A stretch of DNA of 64,000 bases from Smithellaceae bacterium (GTDB lineage Bacteria; Desulfobacterota; Syntrophia; Syntrophales; Smithellaceae). The notes beneath the pieces were generated by a model that saw only the letters and a list, made by a program, of their open reading frames with translations, was not told the DNA's origin and ran no database searches. The translations under genes and the position numbers were made by a program. Location of the stretch: the NCBI GenBank assembly GCA_963667845.2, contig CAXXVL010000002.1, forward strand, positions 800,001-864,000. Direction: 5' to 3'. Position 1 is the stretch's first letter. Each line of letters starts with the position of its first letter. Shown piece after piece: positions 33,570-45,424 of the stretch.

Positions 33570-34370
33570 TTACCGGGCAGCCAGACTAAATACGGCTGTC
33601 TGGCAGTATTTCTTAAATCCGGCCTGCTCGTAGACATGCAACCCATCCGGAGACGACTGAAGCGTGGCATAACGGGCGCCGGCAACTCCAGCGTGACGCG
33701 TGGTTGCAAGTGTCAGTTCCAGACCAATACCTTCTTTTCTAAAGTCGACAAGAGTAGTGACGAAGTAGATACCCGCCGCCTTTCCATTCAAAAACAGCAG
33801 AGACGTACCCGCCGGTTTTCCATTAACTCTGGCCAGAAAGAATCTTTGCCGTGCATCATCGCGGAGATTGAATGCGCTTACGAACCGGTGGTATTGTTCT
33901 TTTGTATCTTGTCGAAAATCAAAACCGGCAAAAGAAACCTCTTCCCAGACACTCAGTTCTTCATGATCCCTCACACGGCTTACGGAGAAACCTTCAACAC
34001 GGGGTTCTTTATCAGGAATCGTGATCAAATCCGCAAGGAGCGATGGGATGTTTTCTACTAACGAGAAACCTTCCGATTCCAAAATTTCGATTGCTGCTTT
34101 TGTATGTGAACTTGGAAAGATCCACCACCAAAAAGGCAAACCGGCCTGGCGGTAGTTTTTCTTGACATCTTTAATTGTTCCTTTATCAAATAGCGTTAAT
34201 GGTTTTTCGCTCCAGGCCGCGTTGAGGTCTGCAGATCCGATGCCCGTCTGCGTCGCCCAGATTGGGCCTCTGTTATAGGGCGATGAAAGGAGGTTACCCC
34301 AGTACCGATAATTGGCAAAGAACGTATTTTCGATAATGGTTCCCGTTATGGACATGATGTGTTCGATCAA
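33570..34370 (-). CDS. GNAT family N-acetyltransferase
   Basis: AGIYFVTTLVDFRKEGIG, LQSSPDG..VYEQAGF. Confidence 0.85.
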   Translation of the reverse strand: MIEHIMSITGTIIENTFFANYRYWGNLLSSPYNRGPIWATQTGIGSADLNAAWSEKPLTLFDKGTIKDVKKNYRQAGLPFWWWIFPSSHTKAAIEILESEGFSLVENIPSLLADLITIPDKEPRVEGFSVSRVRDHEELSVWEEVSFAGFDFRQDTKEQYHRFVSAFNLRDDARQRFFLARVNGKPAGTSLLFLNGKAAGIYFVTTLVDFRKEGIGLELTLATTRHAGVAGARYATLQSSPDGLHVYEQAGFKKYCQTAVFSLAAR

Positions 34371-34602
34371 AAAAAGGACTTTATTCTATTTCTTTCAGGT
34401 TTTCCTTAAGTGGACGCATCTGGACAAGCCGAAATGCGGTTCGGTGATTGGATTCTCCTGAACGTACCCGACATTTATAAGATAGCCGCCGCTAACTTCA
34501 GTCTTTCAATTTTAAGCATCCTACGCGGATATGGTTAAGTCAATGGGCATCACCCTCACGTGATATCTGGATGCAGTTAATGCGTTCTCTTAGTGAAGTC
34601 AG

Positions 34603-35280
34603 TTATGTCGCAATGCGTGCTAATTGCGTCCAGCTGACGGTTTTCCAGCTCCGACTGACCACTGACAGGTTTCCCGAAGCCGGGTTCAGACCGCATTTTA
34701 AAGCAAAATAGCGGTGCAATACCAAACAACCTGTTAATTCAGGATGGAAGACGGTAACCAAAATGTTGTCACTTTCCGCCGCAGCTATATAATCGTCAAT
34801 CCTGAGCAGGACCTTAACAGCTTTTCCCGCGCTGAGAATTTTCGGCGCACGGATAAATGTTAACGGAATCGCCTCATCGGATACTACCTCGATAATGGCT
34901 TCACTTTTAAAACTGTCCAACTGGCTGCCAAAACTGTTGCGTTCGATTTCCATGTCCATCAAGCCCAGGCAGGATTTCTCGCCGACTACTCTGTCAGCCA
35001 GCAATATGGCACCCGCACAAGTACCCCAGATTTTCATGCCCTGAAGATAGTGCGCGCGGATCACATCTTTCAGCTCAAAGATATGAAGCAGCCGTGCCAG
35101 GCAGGTGCTTTCACCGCCGGGAATGATCAGTCCTGCGAGATCCGTAAAATCTTCAGCCTGTTTAACTTTTTTATAGGGAATGCCTAATCGTTCCAGATGT
35201 TCCAGATGTTCATGGACGCCGCCCTGTAAATCAAGAACACCCATGATCTGTGGTTGATGCCTGACTAAATGAACCGACAT
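34603..35280 (-). CDS. pdxT: Pyridoxal 5'-phosphate synthase glutaminase subunit
   Basis: GVLDLQG, PGGEST, GTCAG, RNSFGSQ, FIRAP, FHPE. Confidence 0.96.
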   Translation of the reverse strand: MSVHLVRHQPQIMGVLDLQGGVHEHLEHLERLGIPYKKVKQAEDFTDLAGLIIPGGESTCLARLLHIFELKDVIRAHYLQGMKIWGTCAGAILLADRVVGEKSCLGLMDMEIERNSFGSQLDSFKSEAIIEVVSDEAIPLTFIRAPKILSAGKAVKVLLRIDDYIAAAESDNILVTVFHPELTGCLVLHRYFALKCGLNPASGNLSVVSRSWKTVSWTQLARIAT

Positions 35281-35289
35281 AACGTTTCT

Positions 35290-36171
35290 TTACCAGCCCC
35301 GCTTCGCCAGAATCTGCTCCGGTGGAATCTGTCCGATTTCCAGTCCTGGCATGGCTTCGCCCAAACCCATCGATGCTTCCAGAACTTTTTGCGGATCATT
35401 GAAATAAGCAGTCGCCTTTACGATAGCCCGCGCACGCTTCGCCGGATCGGCAGATTTGAAAATGCCCGAACCGACAAAAACGCCGTCGCAGCCCAGCTGC
35501 ATCATCAGAGCCGCATCCGCGGGTGTAGCGATGCCGCCTGCGGCGAAATTAACGACGGGCAGGCGTCCCAATTCTTTGACTTTCAACGCCAATTCATAGG
35601 GCAAGCCGTTATTTTTCGCAAAACCGGTGACTTCCTCTACGGGCATTTGCGCCAGCTGACGGATTTCGCGATTCATGGTTCTCATGTGACGAACAGCTTC
35701 TACGACATTGCCGGTACCTGCCTCACCCTTGGTGCGGATCATCGCCGCGCCTTCCGCTATCCTGCGCAACGCCTCACCCAGGTTGCGTGCGCCGCAGACA
35801 AAGGGTATCGAAAATTTGGTTTTATCAATGTGGCATTCTTCATCGGCCGGTGTCAGAACTTCGCTTTCATCAATGTAATCTATCCGCAGGGCTTCCAGCA
35901 GTTGTGCCTCGACAAAATGACCGATTCTCGCCTTGGCCATCACCGGAATCGATACCGCCTTTTTGATGTCGGCAATCATCGCCGGATCGGACATTCTGGC
36001 CACACCGCCATCTTTGCGGATATCAGCCGGGACGCGTTCCAGCGCCATGACAGCGACAGCTCCGGCCTCTTGCGCGATCCTGGCCTGTTCTACATTGGTC
36101 ACATCCATAATAACGCCGCCTTTGAGCATCTGCGCCAACTGGACGTTTAATTCATATCTTTTTGAATCCAC
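35290..36171 (-). CDS. pdxS: Pyridoxal 5'-phosphate synthase lyase subunit
   Basis: [36 protein letters not shown]. Confidence 0.98.
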   Translation of the reverse strand: MDSKRYELNVQLAQMLKGGVIMDVTNVEQARIAQEAGAVAVMALERVPADIRKDGGVARMSDPAMIADIKKAVSIPVMAKARIGHFVEAQLLEALRIDYIDESEVLTPADEECHIDKTKFSIPFVCGARNLGEALRRIAEGAAMIRTKGEAGTGNVVEAVRHMRTMNREIRQLAQMPVEEVTGFAKNNGLPYELALKVKELGRLPVVNFAAGGIATPADAALMMQLGCDGVFVGSGIFKSADPAKRARAIVKATAYFNDPQKVLEASMGLGEAMPGLEIGQIPPEQILAKRGW

Positions 36172-36294
36172 TTTTTATACGCCTCCTGACTTATTAAAAT
36201 ATATCCCTGATGGTGTGCTTCACACATAGAATAATTTAATTAGCTGATATTAAGAATACAAATGGCATTTCGTCAAGTATAATAATTGATGCGA

Positions 36295-37074
36295 CTACCA
36301 GTACAGCCGGGTCTTGATCCGCTGATCACGAAGGTAATTTTTAATCTGCGATATAGTATACGTCCGGTAATGAACCATCGACGCGATGAGCGCCGCATCG
36401 GCCCTTCCCGCTGTGAGGACATCTGCCAGATGCTCAGGCTTCCCCGCACCGCCCGAGGCGATGACGGGAATGCGGACACTTTCAGAGATGAGCGCCGTTA
36501 AATTGAGCTCGTAACCGATTTGCATACCGTCGGCGTCAATGGAATTGAGGCAGATTTCTCCGGCGCCGCGGCGTTCTCCTTCTTTGGCCCACCACAGAGC
36601 ATCAATGCCGGTGAATTTCCGTCCGCCCTCAATGACAATTTCGTAACCGGAAGGGGTCTCTTTGCAAACATCAACTTTTTTCACGTCCATTCCCAGGACG
36701 ACACACTGGCTGCCAAACGCCCGGGCTCCCTGCGAGATGATATCCGGTTCGAGAACGGCGGCGGAGTTAACACTTACCTTTTCCGCGCCGGCCAAAATGA
36801 CCCGCCGCATATCTTCGAGATTACGGATGCCGCCGCCCACGGAAAAAGGTATGAAAATAGTTTCCGCCACACGCCTCACGACGTCGATCATAATATCGCG
36901 CTTATCGGACGAAGCGGTGATGTCGTAGAAGACAATTTCATCCGCTCCCTGTTCATAGTATTCGCGGGCGGCTTCCACCGGATCGCCGATATCTACGTTG
37001 CCTTTAAACTTGATGCCTTTGGTCAGTCTGCCGTCGCGCACATCAAGGCAGGGAATAATGCGTTTAGAGATCAT
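36295..37074 (-). CDS. hisF: Imidazole glycerol phosphate synthase cyclase subunit
   Basis: [37 protein letters not shown]. Confidence 0.96.
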   Translation of the reverse strand: MISKRIIPCLDVRDGRLTKGIKFKGNVDIGDPVEAAREYYEQGADEIVFYDITASSDKRDIMIDVVRRVAETIFIPFSVGGGIRNLEDMRRVILAGAEKVSVNSAAVLEPDIISQGARAFGSQCVVLGMDVKKVDVCKETPSGYEIVIEGGRKFTGIDALWWAKEGERRGAGEICLNSIDADGMQIGYELNLTALISESVRIPVIASGGAGKPEHLADVLTAGRADAALIASMVHYRTYTISQIKNYLRDQRIKTRLYW

Positions 37075-37696
37075 TGCCCCTCCATGCGCAGAAATTTTTC
37101 AGAATTTGCAGCCCCGGCGTGCCGCTTTTTTCCGGGTGGAATTGCATGGCGACCAGATTCTTTACCGCGAGGACAGAACAAAAGTTTATGCCATATTCCG
37201 TTGTGCCCAGAACGGCAGATTCATCGGATGGCGCGGGATAATAGGAATGGACAAAATAATACTCAGCCGCCGGTTCGATACCCGCAAACACCGGATGCTG
37301 ATATTTGAAAGCCACGCTGTTCCAGCCCATGTGTGGTATTTTCAGATTCCGGCCCGCAGCCTGTAAATTTTCAGGAAAACGTCTGGTTGATCCGGCAACG
37401 AGTCCGACGCACCGAGTGTCGTTCTCTTCGGAATAGTCCATAATGATCTGCGTACCCAGGCAAATGCCCATGATCGGCTTTCCGGACTGAAAGCAGGTCT
37501 TCAGCCAGCTGTCTAAATTTCTTTGCTGCAGATAAGCCATCGCTTCACCGGCCGCGCCGACGCCGGGAAAAATCACATGCGACGCCGCTTCGAGCTTTTT
37601 TGTATCAGCTGTAATAACAAATTTCTGCTCGATGTTGTGCAGTGCTCGCGCGACACTGGTAATGTTTCCCGCGTTGTAATCAATAATTGCAATCAT
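37064..37696 (-). CDS. hisH: Imidazole glycerol phosphate synthase glutaminase subunit
   Basis: [37 protein letters not shown]. Confidence 0.96.
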   Translation of the reverse strand: MIAIIDYNAGNITSVARALHNIEQKFVITADTKKLEAASHVIFPGVGAAGEAMAYLQQRNLDSWLKTCFQSGKPIMGICLGTQIIMDYSEENDTRCVGLVAGSTRRFPENLQAAGRNLKIPHMGWNSVAFKYQHPVFAGIEPAAEYYFVHSYYPAPSDESAVLGTTEYGINFCSVLAVKNLVAMQFHPEKSGTPGLQILKNFCAWRGNDL

Positions 37697-37761
37697 CTAT
37701 TCACACTTTGAATGAAGTTACCCGCAAAGTCTCTAGCAACATTTGTGCTAACTTCCAACTT

Positions 37762-38703
37762 TTATTTCGCATCCTTAATATAATGCTTACCCTGATGACT
37801 GTCGCGACGCTCCAATTCTGTGTTAATTGCGTTTAGCACACTAAGCTTATTGGCCGCCCAGGCAGGGGCGAGGAAGATATCCCGGTAACCGTCGGCTGTC
37901 AGGCGCTGGATCACCATTTCCGGCGGCAGGACTTCCAGCACATCAGCCGTGAGCGTCACATATTTATCCTTTGAAATCAGAGGAATTGATCCTTTTTTAT
38001 ACATCTCACCCATTGCTGTGCCATTGAGAGCCAGAAGCGAATGAATTTTGATGCCATTTATCGGCAAAGCAGCCAGGGCCTTTGCCGTTATCCGTACATC
38101 TTCGTCATTTTCGCCCGGTAAGCCGATGATAATGTGGACACAAATGTTCAGTCCCGCACCGCTAAGTGCACTCAGCGCATCCAGAAACTGCTGATAATTG
38201 TGGCCGCGGTTGATGAATGTTAAGGTTTTGTCATGAACCGACTGCAGGCCCAATTCGACCCAGATGTGATATTTCCTGGCATAACCGGCTAAAAGCTCGA
38301 CGACATCCGGCCCCAGGCAGTCCGGCCGTGTGCCGATGGAAAGTCCGATGACGTCTTCCTGGGACAGTGCTTCGTTATAAAGCTCCCGCAATTTTGCCAC
38401 CGGCGCGTAGGTATTGGTGAATGTCTGAAAGTAGGCAACAAATTTAGAGGCGGACGGTTTATAATATTTCTTACCGGATATTATTTGTTCGGCTACTGAA
38501 GGAAGCGGCCCCTGCTGCCGGAGCTTCGATCCCCGGCCATCACAGTAAATACAACCGCCTGCGGCCAGGCGCCCGTCGCGGTTGGGACAGGTAAAGCCGG
38601 CGTCGATCTGCAGCTTGTGAATCGTGCAGCCGAACAAGTTGCGCCAGTAACTTTTCAGATCGTAATATCGCTTATTGTTTTTCCAGAACTCCGGCTTGGC
38701 CAA
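37762..38703 (-). CDS. TIGR01212/YhcC/YtqA family radical SAM protein
   Basis: [50 protein letters not shown] before TTG 38703. Confidence 0.92.
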   Translation of the reverse strand: MAKPEFWKNNKRYYDLKSYWRNLFGCTIHKLQIDAGFTCPNRDGRLAAGGCIYCDGRGSKLRQQGPLPSVAEQIISGKKYYKPSASKFVAYFQTFTNTYAPVAKLRELYNEALSQEDVIGLSIGTRPDCLGPDVVELLAGYARKYHIWVELGLQSVHDKTLTFINRGHNYQQFLDALSALSGAGLNICVHIIIGLPGENDEDVRITAKALAALPINGIKIHSLLALNGTAMGEMYKKGSIPLISKDKYVTLTADVLEVLPPEMVIQRLTADGYRDIFLAPAWAANKLSVLNAINTELERRDSHQGKHYIKDAK

Positions 38704-38791
38704 GGCTGCCTCTTTTTTTATGTTGTGTTTTTTTTGCCGCAATACTATTAAATCATCCGAAGCGCAAGCATTTGGTTTTTGGAGAGAAATA

Positions 38792-40690
38792 GTGACGGAT
38801 CAATATGACATACTGGTGATCGGTGGCGGACATGCCGGCTGCGAGGCGGCGCTGGCTGCAGCGCGCATGGGCTGCAAAACGCTGCTGTTTAATATCAATC
38901 TCGATTCCATCGCGCTGATGTCCTGCAATCCTGCCATCGGCGGCCTGGCGAAGGGTCAGCTCGTGAAAGAAATCGACGCTCTGGGCGGTGAGATGGGTAA
39001 AATCACGGATAAAACCGCTGTTCACTTCCGATTGCTCAATGCCTCCAAAGGCCCGGCAGTCCAGTCCTCCCGGATGCAGTGCGATAAACAGCTTTATCGC
39101 CTGACCATGAAAACGACTGTGGAAAATCAGCAAAACCTTTATATCCGTCAGGCCATGGTCGAAAGTCTGGTCATCGAAAACGATGAAATCAGGGGGGCAT
39201 TGGATTCCAGCGGTTTTTTCTACGGGGCCCAAAAAGTCATCATTACGACGGGGACTTTTTTAAACGGCCTGGTGCACATCGGCACATCACAAACACAGTC
39301 CGGACGCGCCGGAGAACTGGCCTCCGTCGGCCTGGCCGATCAGCTCAAGGCCCTCGGCTTTGAAACAGGACGAATGAAGACCGGTACGCCGCCCCGCCTG
39401 CGCGCATCGTCTATCGACTTTTCCTGCCTGGAGCGGCAGGACAGCGATCCCGATCCCGCGCCTTTTTCATTCACCACAAAGGCGCTCAGGCCGGAACGTC
39501 TGCCTTCTTACTTTTCGTCGACATCCGCCGAAACCCATCGTGTGATTCGCGACAACATCCAGCATTCTCCTCTTTACTCCGGCGTGATTAAGGGGATCGG
39601 TGCCCGTTACTGCCCGTCACTCGAAGATAAGGTCATGCGCTTTGGTGACCGGCAGAGCCATCCGGTCGTTCTGGAACATGAAGGCCTCGACACACAGGAA
39701 ATTTATGCCAAGGGTCTGGGCAACTCGCTCCCGCTGGAATTGCAGTATCAGATCGTTCACAGCGTGCGGGGGCTTACGCAGGCCGAGATCATGCGACCCG
39801 CTTACGCCATTGAATATGACTTCGTTCAGCCCAGCCAGCTCAAGCTCACGCTGGAGACGAAATTGATTTCCGGCCTGTACCTGGCCGGTCAGATCAACGG
39901 TACGTCCGGGTATGAAGAAGCGGCGGCGCAGGGCCTCTGGGCCGGGGTCAATGCCGCCCGGGCTTTGCAGGGCGCGCCTCCTTTTGTACTGGACCGCTCT
40001 GAGGCTTACATGGCGGTAATGATCGACGATCTCGTCACGCGCGGCGTGGATGAACCTTATCGCATGTTTACATCGCGCGCCGAGTACCGCCTGATCCTGC
40101 GTGAAGACAACGCGGTTATTCGCCTGATGGGTAAGGGTGTCGAGCTGGGATTAATAGACCGGACGCATTATGCCGACCTTCAGAAAAGAATGAAGAAGAT
40201 CGAACAGGGTATCGCGCATCTCAAAATGTCGCCGGTCAAGCCATCGCCGGAAATCAACAAGAAGCTGACCGCATTGTCATCCCCGCCAATCACCCAGGCC
40301 ACGAATCTGCATGCTCTTTTGAAGCGATATGAAATCGTTTACGATGATTTGAATGGTTTTTCGGGCTGGGAACCCGAGGAGGATGACTTCGTCAGAAAGC
40401 AAATTGAAATAGAAACGAAGTATGAAGGCTATATTAAGCGCCAGTTCGAAGCGACAAAGAAATTGAAAGATCAGGAAAAGAAGAAAATCCCCGCGGACTT
40501 TGATTACTCGAAAGTTCCCGGGCTTTCCAATGAGCTGCAAACGAAGCTCACCCGCGTCGCTCCCGCCACTATCGGCCAGATGGAGCGCATCCCGGGCATG
40601 ACGGAAGGAGCAATTTCGGCCGTCCTGATCATGATGAAAAAGCAGGAACTTATCAGGGATGGGAAAAAGGGTAGTGACGAGACCTTGTAG
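38792..40690 (+). CDS. mnmG: tRNA U34 carboxymethylaminomethyl modification enzyme MnmG/GidA
   Basis: [70 protein letters not shown] before GTG 38792. Confidence 0.98.
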   Translation: MTDQYDILVIGGGHAGCEAALAAARMGCKTLLFNINLDSIALMSCNPAIGGLAKGQLVKEIDALGGEMGKITDKTAVHFRLLNASKGPAVQSSRMQCDKQLYRLTMKTTVENQQNLYIRQAMVESLVIENDEIRGALDSSGFFYGAQKVIITTGTFLNGLVHIGTSQTQSGRAGELASVGLADQLKALGFETGRMKTGTPPRLRASSIDFSCLERQDSDPDPAPFSFTTKALRPERLPSYFSSTSAETHRVIRDNIQHSPLYSGVIKGIGARYCPSLEDKVMRFGDRQSHPVVLEHEGLDTQEIYAKGLGNSLPLELQYQIVHSVRGLTQAEIMRPAYAIEYDFVQPSQLKLTLETKLISGLYLAGQINGTSGYEEAAAQGLWAGVNAARALQGAPPFVLDRSEAYMAVMIDDLVTRGVDEPYRMFTSRAEYRLILREDNAVIRLMGKGVELGLIDRTHYADLQKRMKKIEQGIAHLKMSPVKPSPEINKKLTALSSPPITQATNLHALLKRYEIVYDDLNGFSGWEPEEDDFVRKQIEIETKYEGYIKRQFEATKKLKDQEKKKIPADFDYSKVPGLSNELQTKLTRVAPATIGQMERIPGMTEGAISAVLIMMKKQELIRDGKKGSDETL

Positions 40691-40726
40691 ATTACTCAGA
40701 GTTTTCCAAAAATAGGACCTGACTGG

Positions 40727-41503
40727 ATGCCCATGAAGACAGCTTCTTTATTTATTCCCTGCATAGTCGACCTGTTTCTTCCGGAAATCGGTGAGGCGGC
40801 TTATCGCCTTCTGCGATCATTAGGCACGAATCCGATCTATCACCCGGCCCAGACATGCTGCGGGCAGCCCGCCATCAACGCAGGTTACACGGAGCAGGCT
40901 CGCAAGGCAGCTAAGCATTTTATAGACGTCTTCGGTAATGACGAGGTCGTGGTCAGTCCATCCGGCTCCTGCGTTTGCACTGTCAAAGATCACTATCCCA
41001 AACTACTCTGCGATGAGCCGGTATGGCTCAGACGGGCCAAGGAACTATCCGGTCGAATCTATGAACTTTCCCAGTATATCGTGGATGTCCTGGGTATTGA
41101 AGACTGCGGCGCTAGTTTCAACGGTAAAGTTGCTTATCATGAATCCTGCCATGTCCTCCGCGGACTGGGTGTATCCGCTCAGCCCAGGAAATTGATCTCC
41201 AGGGTGAAAGGTACGGAACTTGTCGCCCTGAGAGGAGCGGAAAGCTGTTGTGGATTCGGTGGCGAATTTGCCAACGCTTACCCCGACATTTCCACAGCGA
41301 TGGTGCAGGAGAAGTGCGACAACTATCTCGAAAGCGGCGCGGATATTCTAATCTTATGCGAACCGGGCTGCCTTTTGAATATCGGTGGATACCTGAGCCG
41401 CAATTACCCGGATAAGAAGGTTATGCATTTGGCGCAGTTTCTGGAAACCTCCCTGTCTCCGGCTAATAAGCTCCTGAACTGCGAGAAGAAAAATGGAAAT
41501 TAA
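40727..41503 (+). CDS. lutA: Lactate utilisation protein A-like (two CCG domains)
   Basis: QTCCGQPA.NAG, SPSGSC, YHESCH, CCGFGG, GCLLNI. Confidence 0.88.
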   Translation: MPMKTASLFIPCIVDLFLPEIGEAAYRLLRSLGTNPIYHPAQTCCGQPAINAGYTEQARKAAKHFIDVFGNDEVVVSPSGSCVCTVKDHYPKLLCDEPVWLRRAKELSGRIYELSQYIVDVLGIEDCGASFNGKVAYHESCHVLRGLGVSAQPRKLISRVKGTELVALRGAESCCGFGGEFANAYPDISTAMVQEKCDNYLESGADILILCEPGCLLNIGGYLSRNYPDKKVMHLAQFLETSLSPANKLLNCEKKNGN

Positions 41504-42920
41504 GACGGATCAATTTGTCGCCATAGCCAATCGGGAGCTGAAAAACACCCGCAGCCGAATGTTTTTAAGCCGGCTGGCACCTTACTTTACCAAATCTTGT
41601 ATGGAGGCTATGAAGACATTTCCGGAGCCGAAAGCAGCAATTGAATATGGCCGGGCGATCCGGGCTGATGTCATTGCCCGCCTCCCTGAGTTGCTCCGGG
41701 AATTCGAAAAGAATGCCGCGGCGTGCGGAGCGCAGGTGATTTGGGCAAAAAGCGCCGCCGAGGCCAACCAGTTTGTTTTAAGCCTGGCCAGAAAGAACGG
41801 CGTCAAATACGTTACCAAAGGCAAATCGATGGTGACGGAGGAAATGGGATTAAACGATTATCTCAAGCAAAACGGCATCGAACCATTTGAAACCGACCTG
41901 GGCGAATTCATCATTCAACTACTGGATCGCCCGCCGTTTCACATCGTAGGCCCCGCCATTAATCTGCCGGTAGAAGAGATTCGTGATTTGTTCCTTGCCC
42001 AGGGTATCCTTGCCGAACCGACGACTGATCGGATCAAGTTGGGTGCGGCGGCCCGTGTTTATCTGCGCGATAAGTTCTGCCATCTGCGAATGGGCATCAC
42101 GGGAGTCAATATGGCCGTTGCAGATACCGGTGCGATTATCAATGTGGAAAACGAAGGCAATATCCGCCTCACCAAGTCGTCGCCAAAAATACAGGTCTCG
42201 ATTATGACCTTGGAGAAGGTCGTTCCGACAATGGCGGACGCCATGCATATCACCAGGCTCTTGTGCCGTCATTGTACGGGGCAGAAACTCTCGTCCTATG
42301 TGTCCATTGACTGCGGCCCGAAAAAGCTAGGCGAGGTCGATGGTCCCGAAGAACTTTACATTATCATTCTGGATAACGGACGCTCGGAAATCTATCAGGA
42401 TCCTAAGGGCCGCGAAGCCCTCCGCTGTATCCGCTGTGGAGCCTGCCTCAATGCCTGCCCCGTATACGGTAAAATCGGTGGCTACCCTTATGGCTGGGCT
42501 TATTCCGGTCCGATGGGCCAGATGCTCAATCCGCTTTTGTTAGGGTTGGATAAGACCTATGATCTATACCACGCCACGACGCTTTGCGGTGCGTGCAAAG
42601 AGGTCTGTCCGGCGGGTATTGATCATCCTGGTTTGTTTCTCCAATCCCGGGCCAGGCATGTGCAACAAAAGGGTTTGAAGAAAGTAATCCCCGACAGGCA
42701 GGCAGCTTTCTTCTTCTTGTTCGGATGGGGAATTGCCAGTGGCGGAAGATGGAGGCTTGGCGTCAAACTGTTGAGACCGTTTGTTAATCGTTATGCTAAA
42801 GACGGTGTAATCAAGAAAATGCTCAAGCCCCTGGACGGCTGGTTCAAATCGCGAAACTTGCCCGCGCTGGCCGGACAGACATTTCATGAACGGTGGGAAA
42901 AAATCAGGCAGGACAAATAG
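41493..42920 (+). CDS. lutB: Lactate utilisation protein B-like (LUD + Fe-S)
   Basis: KGKSMVTEE, ETDLGEFIIQ, ENEGN, CIRCGACLNACPVY, YSGPMG. Confidence 0.9.
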   Translation: MEIKTDQFVAIANRELKNTRSRMFLSRLAPYFTKSCMEAMKTFPEPKAAIEYGRAIRADVIARLPELLREFEKNAAACGAQVIWAKSAAEANQFVLSLARKNGVKYVTKGKSMVTEEMGLNDYLKQNGIEPFETDLGEFIIQLLDRPPFHIVGPAINLPVEEIRDLFLAQGILAEPTTDRIKLGAAARVYLRDKFCHLRMGITGVNMAVADTGAIINVENEGNIRLTKSSPKIQVSIMTLEKVVPTMADAMHITRLLCRHCTGQKLSSYVSIDCGPKKLGEVDGPEELYIIILDNGRSEIYQDPKGREALRCIRCGACLNACPVYGKIGGYPYGWAYSGPMGQMLNPLLLGLDKTYDLYHATTLCGACKEVCPAGIDHPGLFLQSRARHVQQKGLKKVIPDRQAAFFFLFGWGIASGGRWRLGVKLLRPFVNRYAKDGVIKKMLKPLDGWFKSRNLPALAGQTFHERWEKIRQDK

Positions 42921-42998
42921 TGAGGGTGTCGCCGGCTATACAGCACATTGTTTAAGAAACCGTTTGCTGCGCATTGATTGTGATTAGATGGAAAAACC

Positions 42999-43670
42999 AT
43001 GACCAAAGAAATTAGAGAAAAAATATTGAAAAGGCTCGAAGGCGCAACTAGAGGTCGGGCAAAACCGCGACCTTATTTACCTCCTTTGCCTGACTTGTCA
43101 TTGAGTTGTGAAGAGCTGGTCGTTCATTTTTCGGAAAATGTCACTTTGCAAACCGGCGTTGTTTATCGCGTAAAGGGCGAAGAAGAAGTAAGAGCAAAGC
43201 TTTCGGAGATAGCGACCCTGGAGAATCTCTCAACAATCATGGTCTCCACTGATCCCGTCACGGCGTCCCTGAAACTGCCGGAATGGGGAAAAGGTGCAGG
43301 CATCGAAGTACTGACGGCGAAAGACTTCGCGAACGTTGAAGCATATAAGGATTCCGTCTTCAACAAAGTTCAGGCGGGAGTGACGGGCCTGGATTATGCC
43401 GTCGCCGAATCGGGCACCATCTGTCTCATTCACGACAAGGATCAGCCGCGTCTTCTTTCCATTGCTCCTGTCCTGCACATTGCCGTACTTCCCGTCAGGA
43501 GGCTTTTCGCGGTTTATGAAGACGTCACGGATCGCGTTTTTGCCGGCAAAAGTAATCCACCGGGTCATTTTACATTAATCACAGGTCCCAGCATGACCGC
43601 CGACATCCAGGGCGGCCAATTCAAAGGCATGCATGGCCCGGCGAAATTGATCGTGATCATCATCGGGTGA
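42999..43670 (+). CDS. lutC: Lactate utilisation protein C-like (LUD domain)
   Basis: AVAESGT, ITGPSMTADI, GMHGP. Confidence 0.88.
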   Translation: MTKEIREKILKRLEGATRGRAKPRPYLPPLPDLSLSCEELVVHFSENVTLQTGVVYRVKGEEEVRAKLSEIATLENLSTIMVSTDPVTASLKLPEWGKGAGIEVLTAKDFANVEAYKDSVFNKVQAGVTGLDYAVAESGTICLIHDKDQPRLLSIAPVLHIAVLPVRRLFAVYEDVTDRVFAGKSNPPGHFTLITGPSMTADIQGGQFKGMHGPAKLIVIIIG

Positions 43671-43990
43671 GAAAGCCGGAACAGTTTTAATCAATATTCC
43701 GGAGGCCATAAGCTAAGAGTATTTACGTCGGAAACGTTAATCCTCCTGTTCGTCAGGTTGGTTTTCTAAAGCATTAACAAGGGGCAGATATGACGATTGA
43801 GGTTGATAGCGGGCCAAGTGATGATATTATTCCTCAATAGCGCTCCTTTGAGTTTATTTAGATCGTCATAAATTCTTCTTTCAGTTGACAACCTGCTGAA
43901 TGGCTTACATATTAGACCTTCAGATGAATTGTTATCAAATGCCACGGATTTGATCTTATTCCGGGATTTCATTTCGCAAGGGAGGCGGTC

Positions 43991-44554
43991 GTGCCACTGG
44001 AATCCATTATAGCGCTGTATGGTTATCCGGCGATACTTCTAGGCACTTTTTTTGAAGGAGAAACCATCCTCATAATGGCGGGTTTTGCAGCTCACCAAGG
44101 CTATCTTAAGCTTCCATGGGTTATCCTGGCAGGTTTTTTGGGAACACTCTGTGGAGATCAGCTTTATTTCCATATCGGGCGGCGCCGAGGAACTGCGTTT
44201 TTAGAGAAACGACCCTATTGGAAAACCCAGTCCAAACGAATATTTGATATCTTGGCGAGGCATCAGCTATTGCTTATCCTCGGTTTCAGATTTGTGTACG
44301 GCATGCGCACTGTAACTCCGTTCGTAATCGGTGCAAGCGGGATATCCCCTTTTCGCTTCTTGATCCTGAATAGCCTGAGCGGTCTGATTTGGGCGAGTGT
44401 GATCGGATATATGGGATATCTTTTTGGTCATGCGTTAGAACTGTTTCTCGGAAAGCTCGAACACTATGAACTCTTTTTGTTTGCTGCAATCGCCGCCACG
44501 GGAACGGTTATCTGGTGCATCCATTGGCTCCTGAGACGAAAAGCATCCGGGTGA
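43991..44554 (+). CDS. DedA family membrane protein
   Basis: GTFFEGET, GDQLYF.IGR, FRFVYGMRT; GGAGG RBS. Confidence 0.93.
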   Translation: MPLESIIALYGYPAILLGTFFEGETILIMAGFAAHQGYLKLPWVILAGFLGTLCGDQLYFHIGRRRGTAFLEKRPYWKTQSKRIFDILARHQLLLILGFRFVYGMRTVTPFVIGASGISPFRFLILNSLSGLIWASVIGYMGYLFGHALELFLGKLEHYELFLFAAIAATGTVIWCIHWLLRRKASG

Positions 44555-44643
44555 TCACGTCTCCGGAGTATGTGTTCATCGTTAATCTTTTTTAAATATC
44601 TGCAAACAGGTTCCCGGCAAGAATTGAGAAGGAGGTAGCCGCT

Positions 44644-45195
44644 ATGAAGATGACACTTATCGTCCTGGCACATCCGCATTTTGAAAAACAGTCTATTGCC
44701 AATAAACTCATTATCGAGAAGATCAAAACGATCTCCGGTGTTTCTGTCAAAGATCTCTATTCGGAATGCCCGTCCTTCAAGTTCAGTATCGAAGCGGAGC
44801 AGGCCGTTCTTATCGGTGCGGAATCGATTATTTTCCAATTTCCATTTTACTGGTATAGTTTACCAGGTATACTGAAGGAATGGATTGACCAGGTCTTCAC
44901 TTATGGTTTTGCATTTGGCTCCACGGGCGACAAATTGAAGGGAAAGCATTTCTTGGTCTCCACAACGGTTGGAGGACCGGAAGATGCTTACTGCGCAACA
45001 GGCTATAACAACTTTACGATGAGCGATCTTTTGAACCCCCTGCGGCAGATGGCTAACTTGACGGGCATGAAATTTAATCCGCCCATTGTGTCCTACAATA
45101 TGATTTTTATTCCCGGCGTCTATAACAAACGGGAAGAGGTCGAACGACGCGCGCAGGAGCATGCCCGGCGTCTCGTCGAATATATTGCCCGATAA
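44644..45195 (+). CDS. Flavodoxin-like NAD(P)H:quinone oxidoreductase (KefF/KefG family)
   Basis: LAHP, QFPFYWYSLPGILKEWIDQV..GFAFG, LKGK. Confidence 0.92.
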   Translation: MKMTLIVLAHPHFEKQSIANKLIIEKIKTISGVSVKDLYSECPSFKFSIEAEQAVLIGAESIIFQFPFYWYSLPGILKEWIDQVFTYGFAFGSTGDKLKGKHFLVSTTVGGPEDAYCATGYNNFTMSDLLNPLRQMANLTGMKFNPPIVSYNMIFIPGVYNKREEVERRAQEHARRLVEYIAR

Positions 45196-45424
45196 TTAAG
45201 GCGCTTCGCTGTTTGTAGTAAAAAATACAGCTGCGGATACGACTCCATCAGATAAATAAATGATGGTCTGTACCTCTCTGATTGGTAATGATTGAGAATG
45301 GTTTCCATTATTGAGTGCCGTCATGTTCCGGCGGCCCATATGCGGACATGGCTTGAGCGATTGGCCATGAATGGTATACCAGAAGCAAAATACCAGGATG
45401 ACTTTCGTGGGCTTTTGGAGAACT

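Noticed and set aside
34371..34602. Possible gene remnant between pdxT and the GNAT gene
   Set aside because: Only very short stop-interrupted frames; no supportable similarity
35269..36150. 293-aa plus-strand ORF
   Set aside because: Antisense shadow of pdxS, no recognisable motifs
36520..37308. 262-aa plus-strand ORF (likewise 11671-12438, 16086-16916, 27534-28217)
   Set aside because: Antisense to well-supported genes; expected in GC-rich coding DNA
38675..38791. Overlapping N-terminal extensions of mnmG and the radical SAM gene
   Set aside because: RBS-supported starts at 38792 and 38703 remove the overlap
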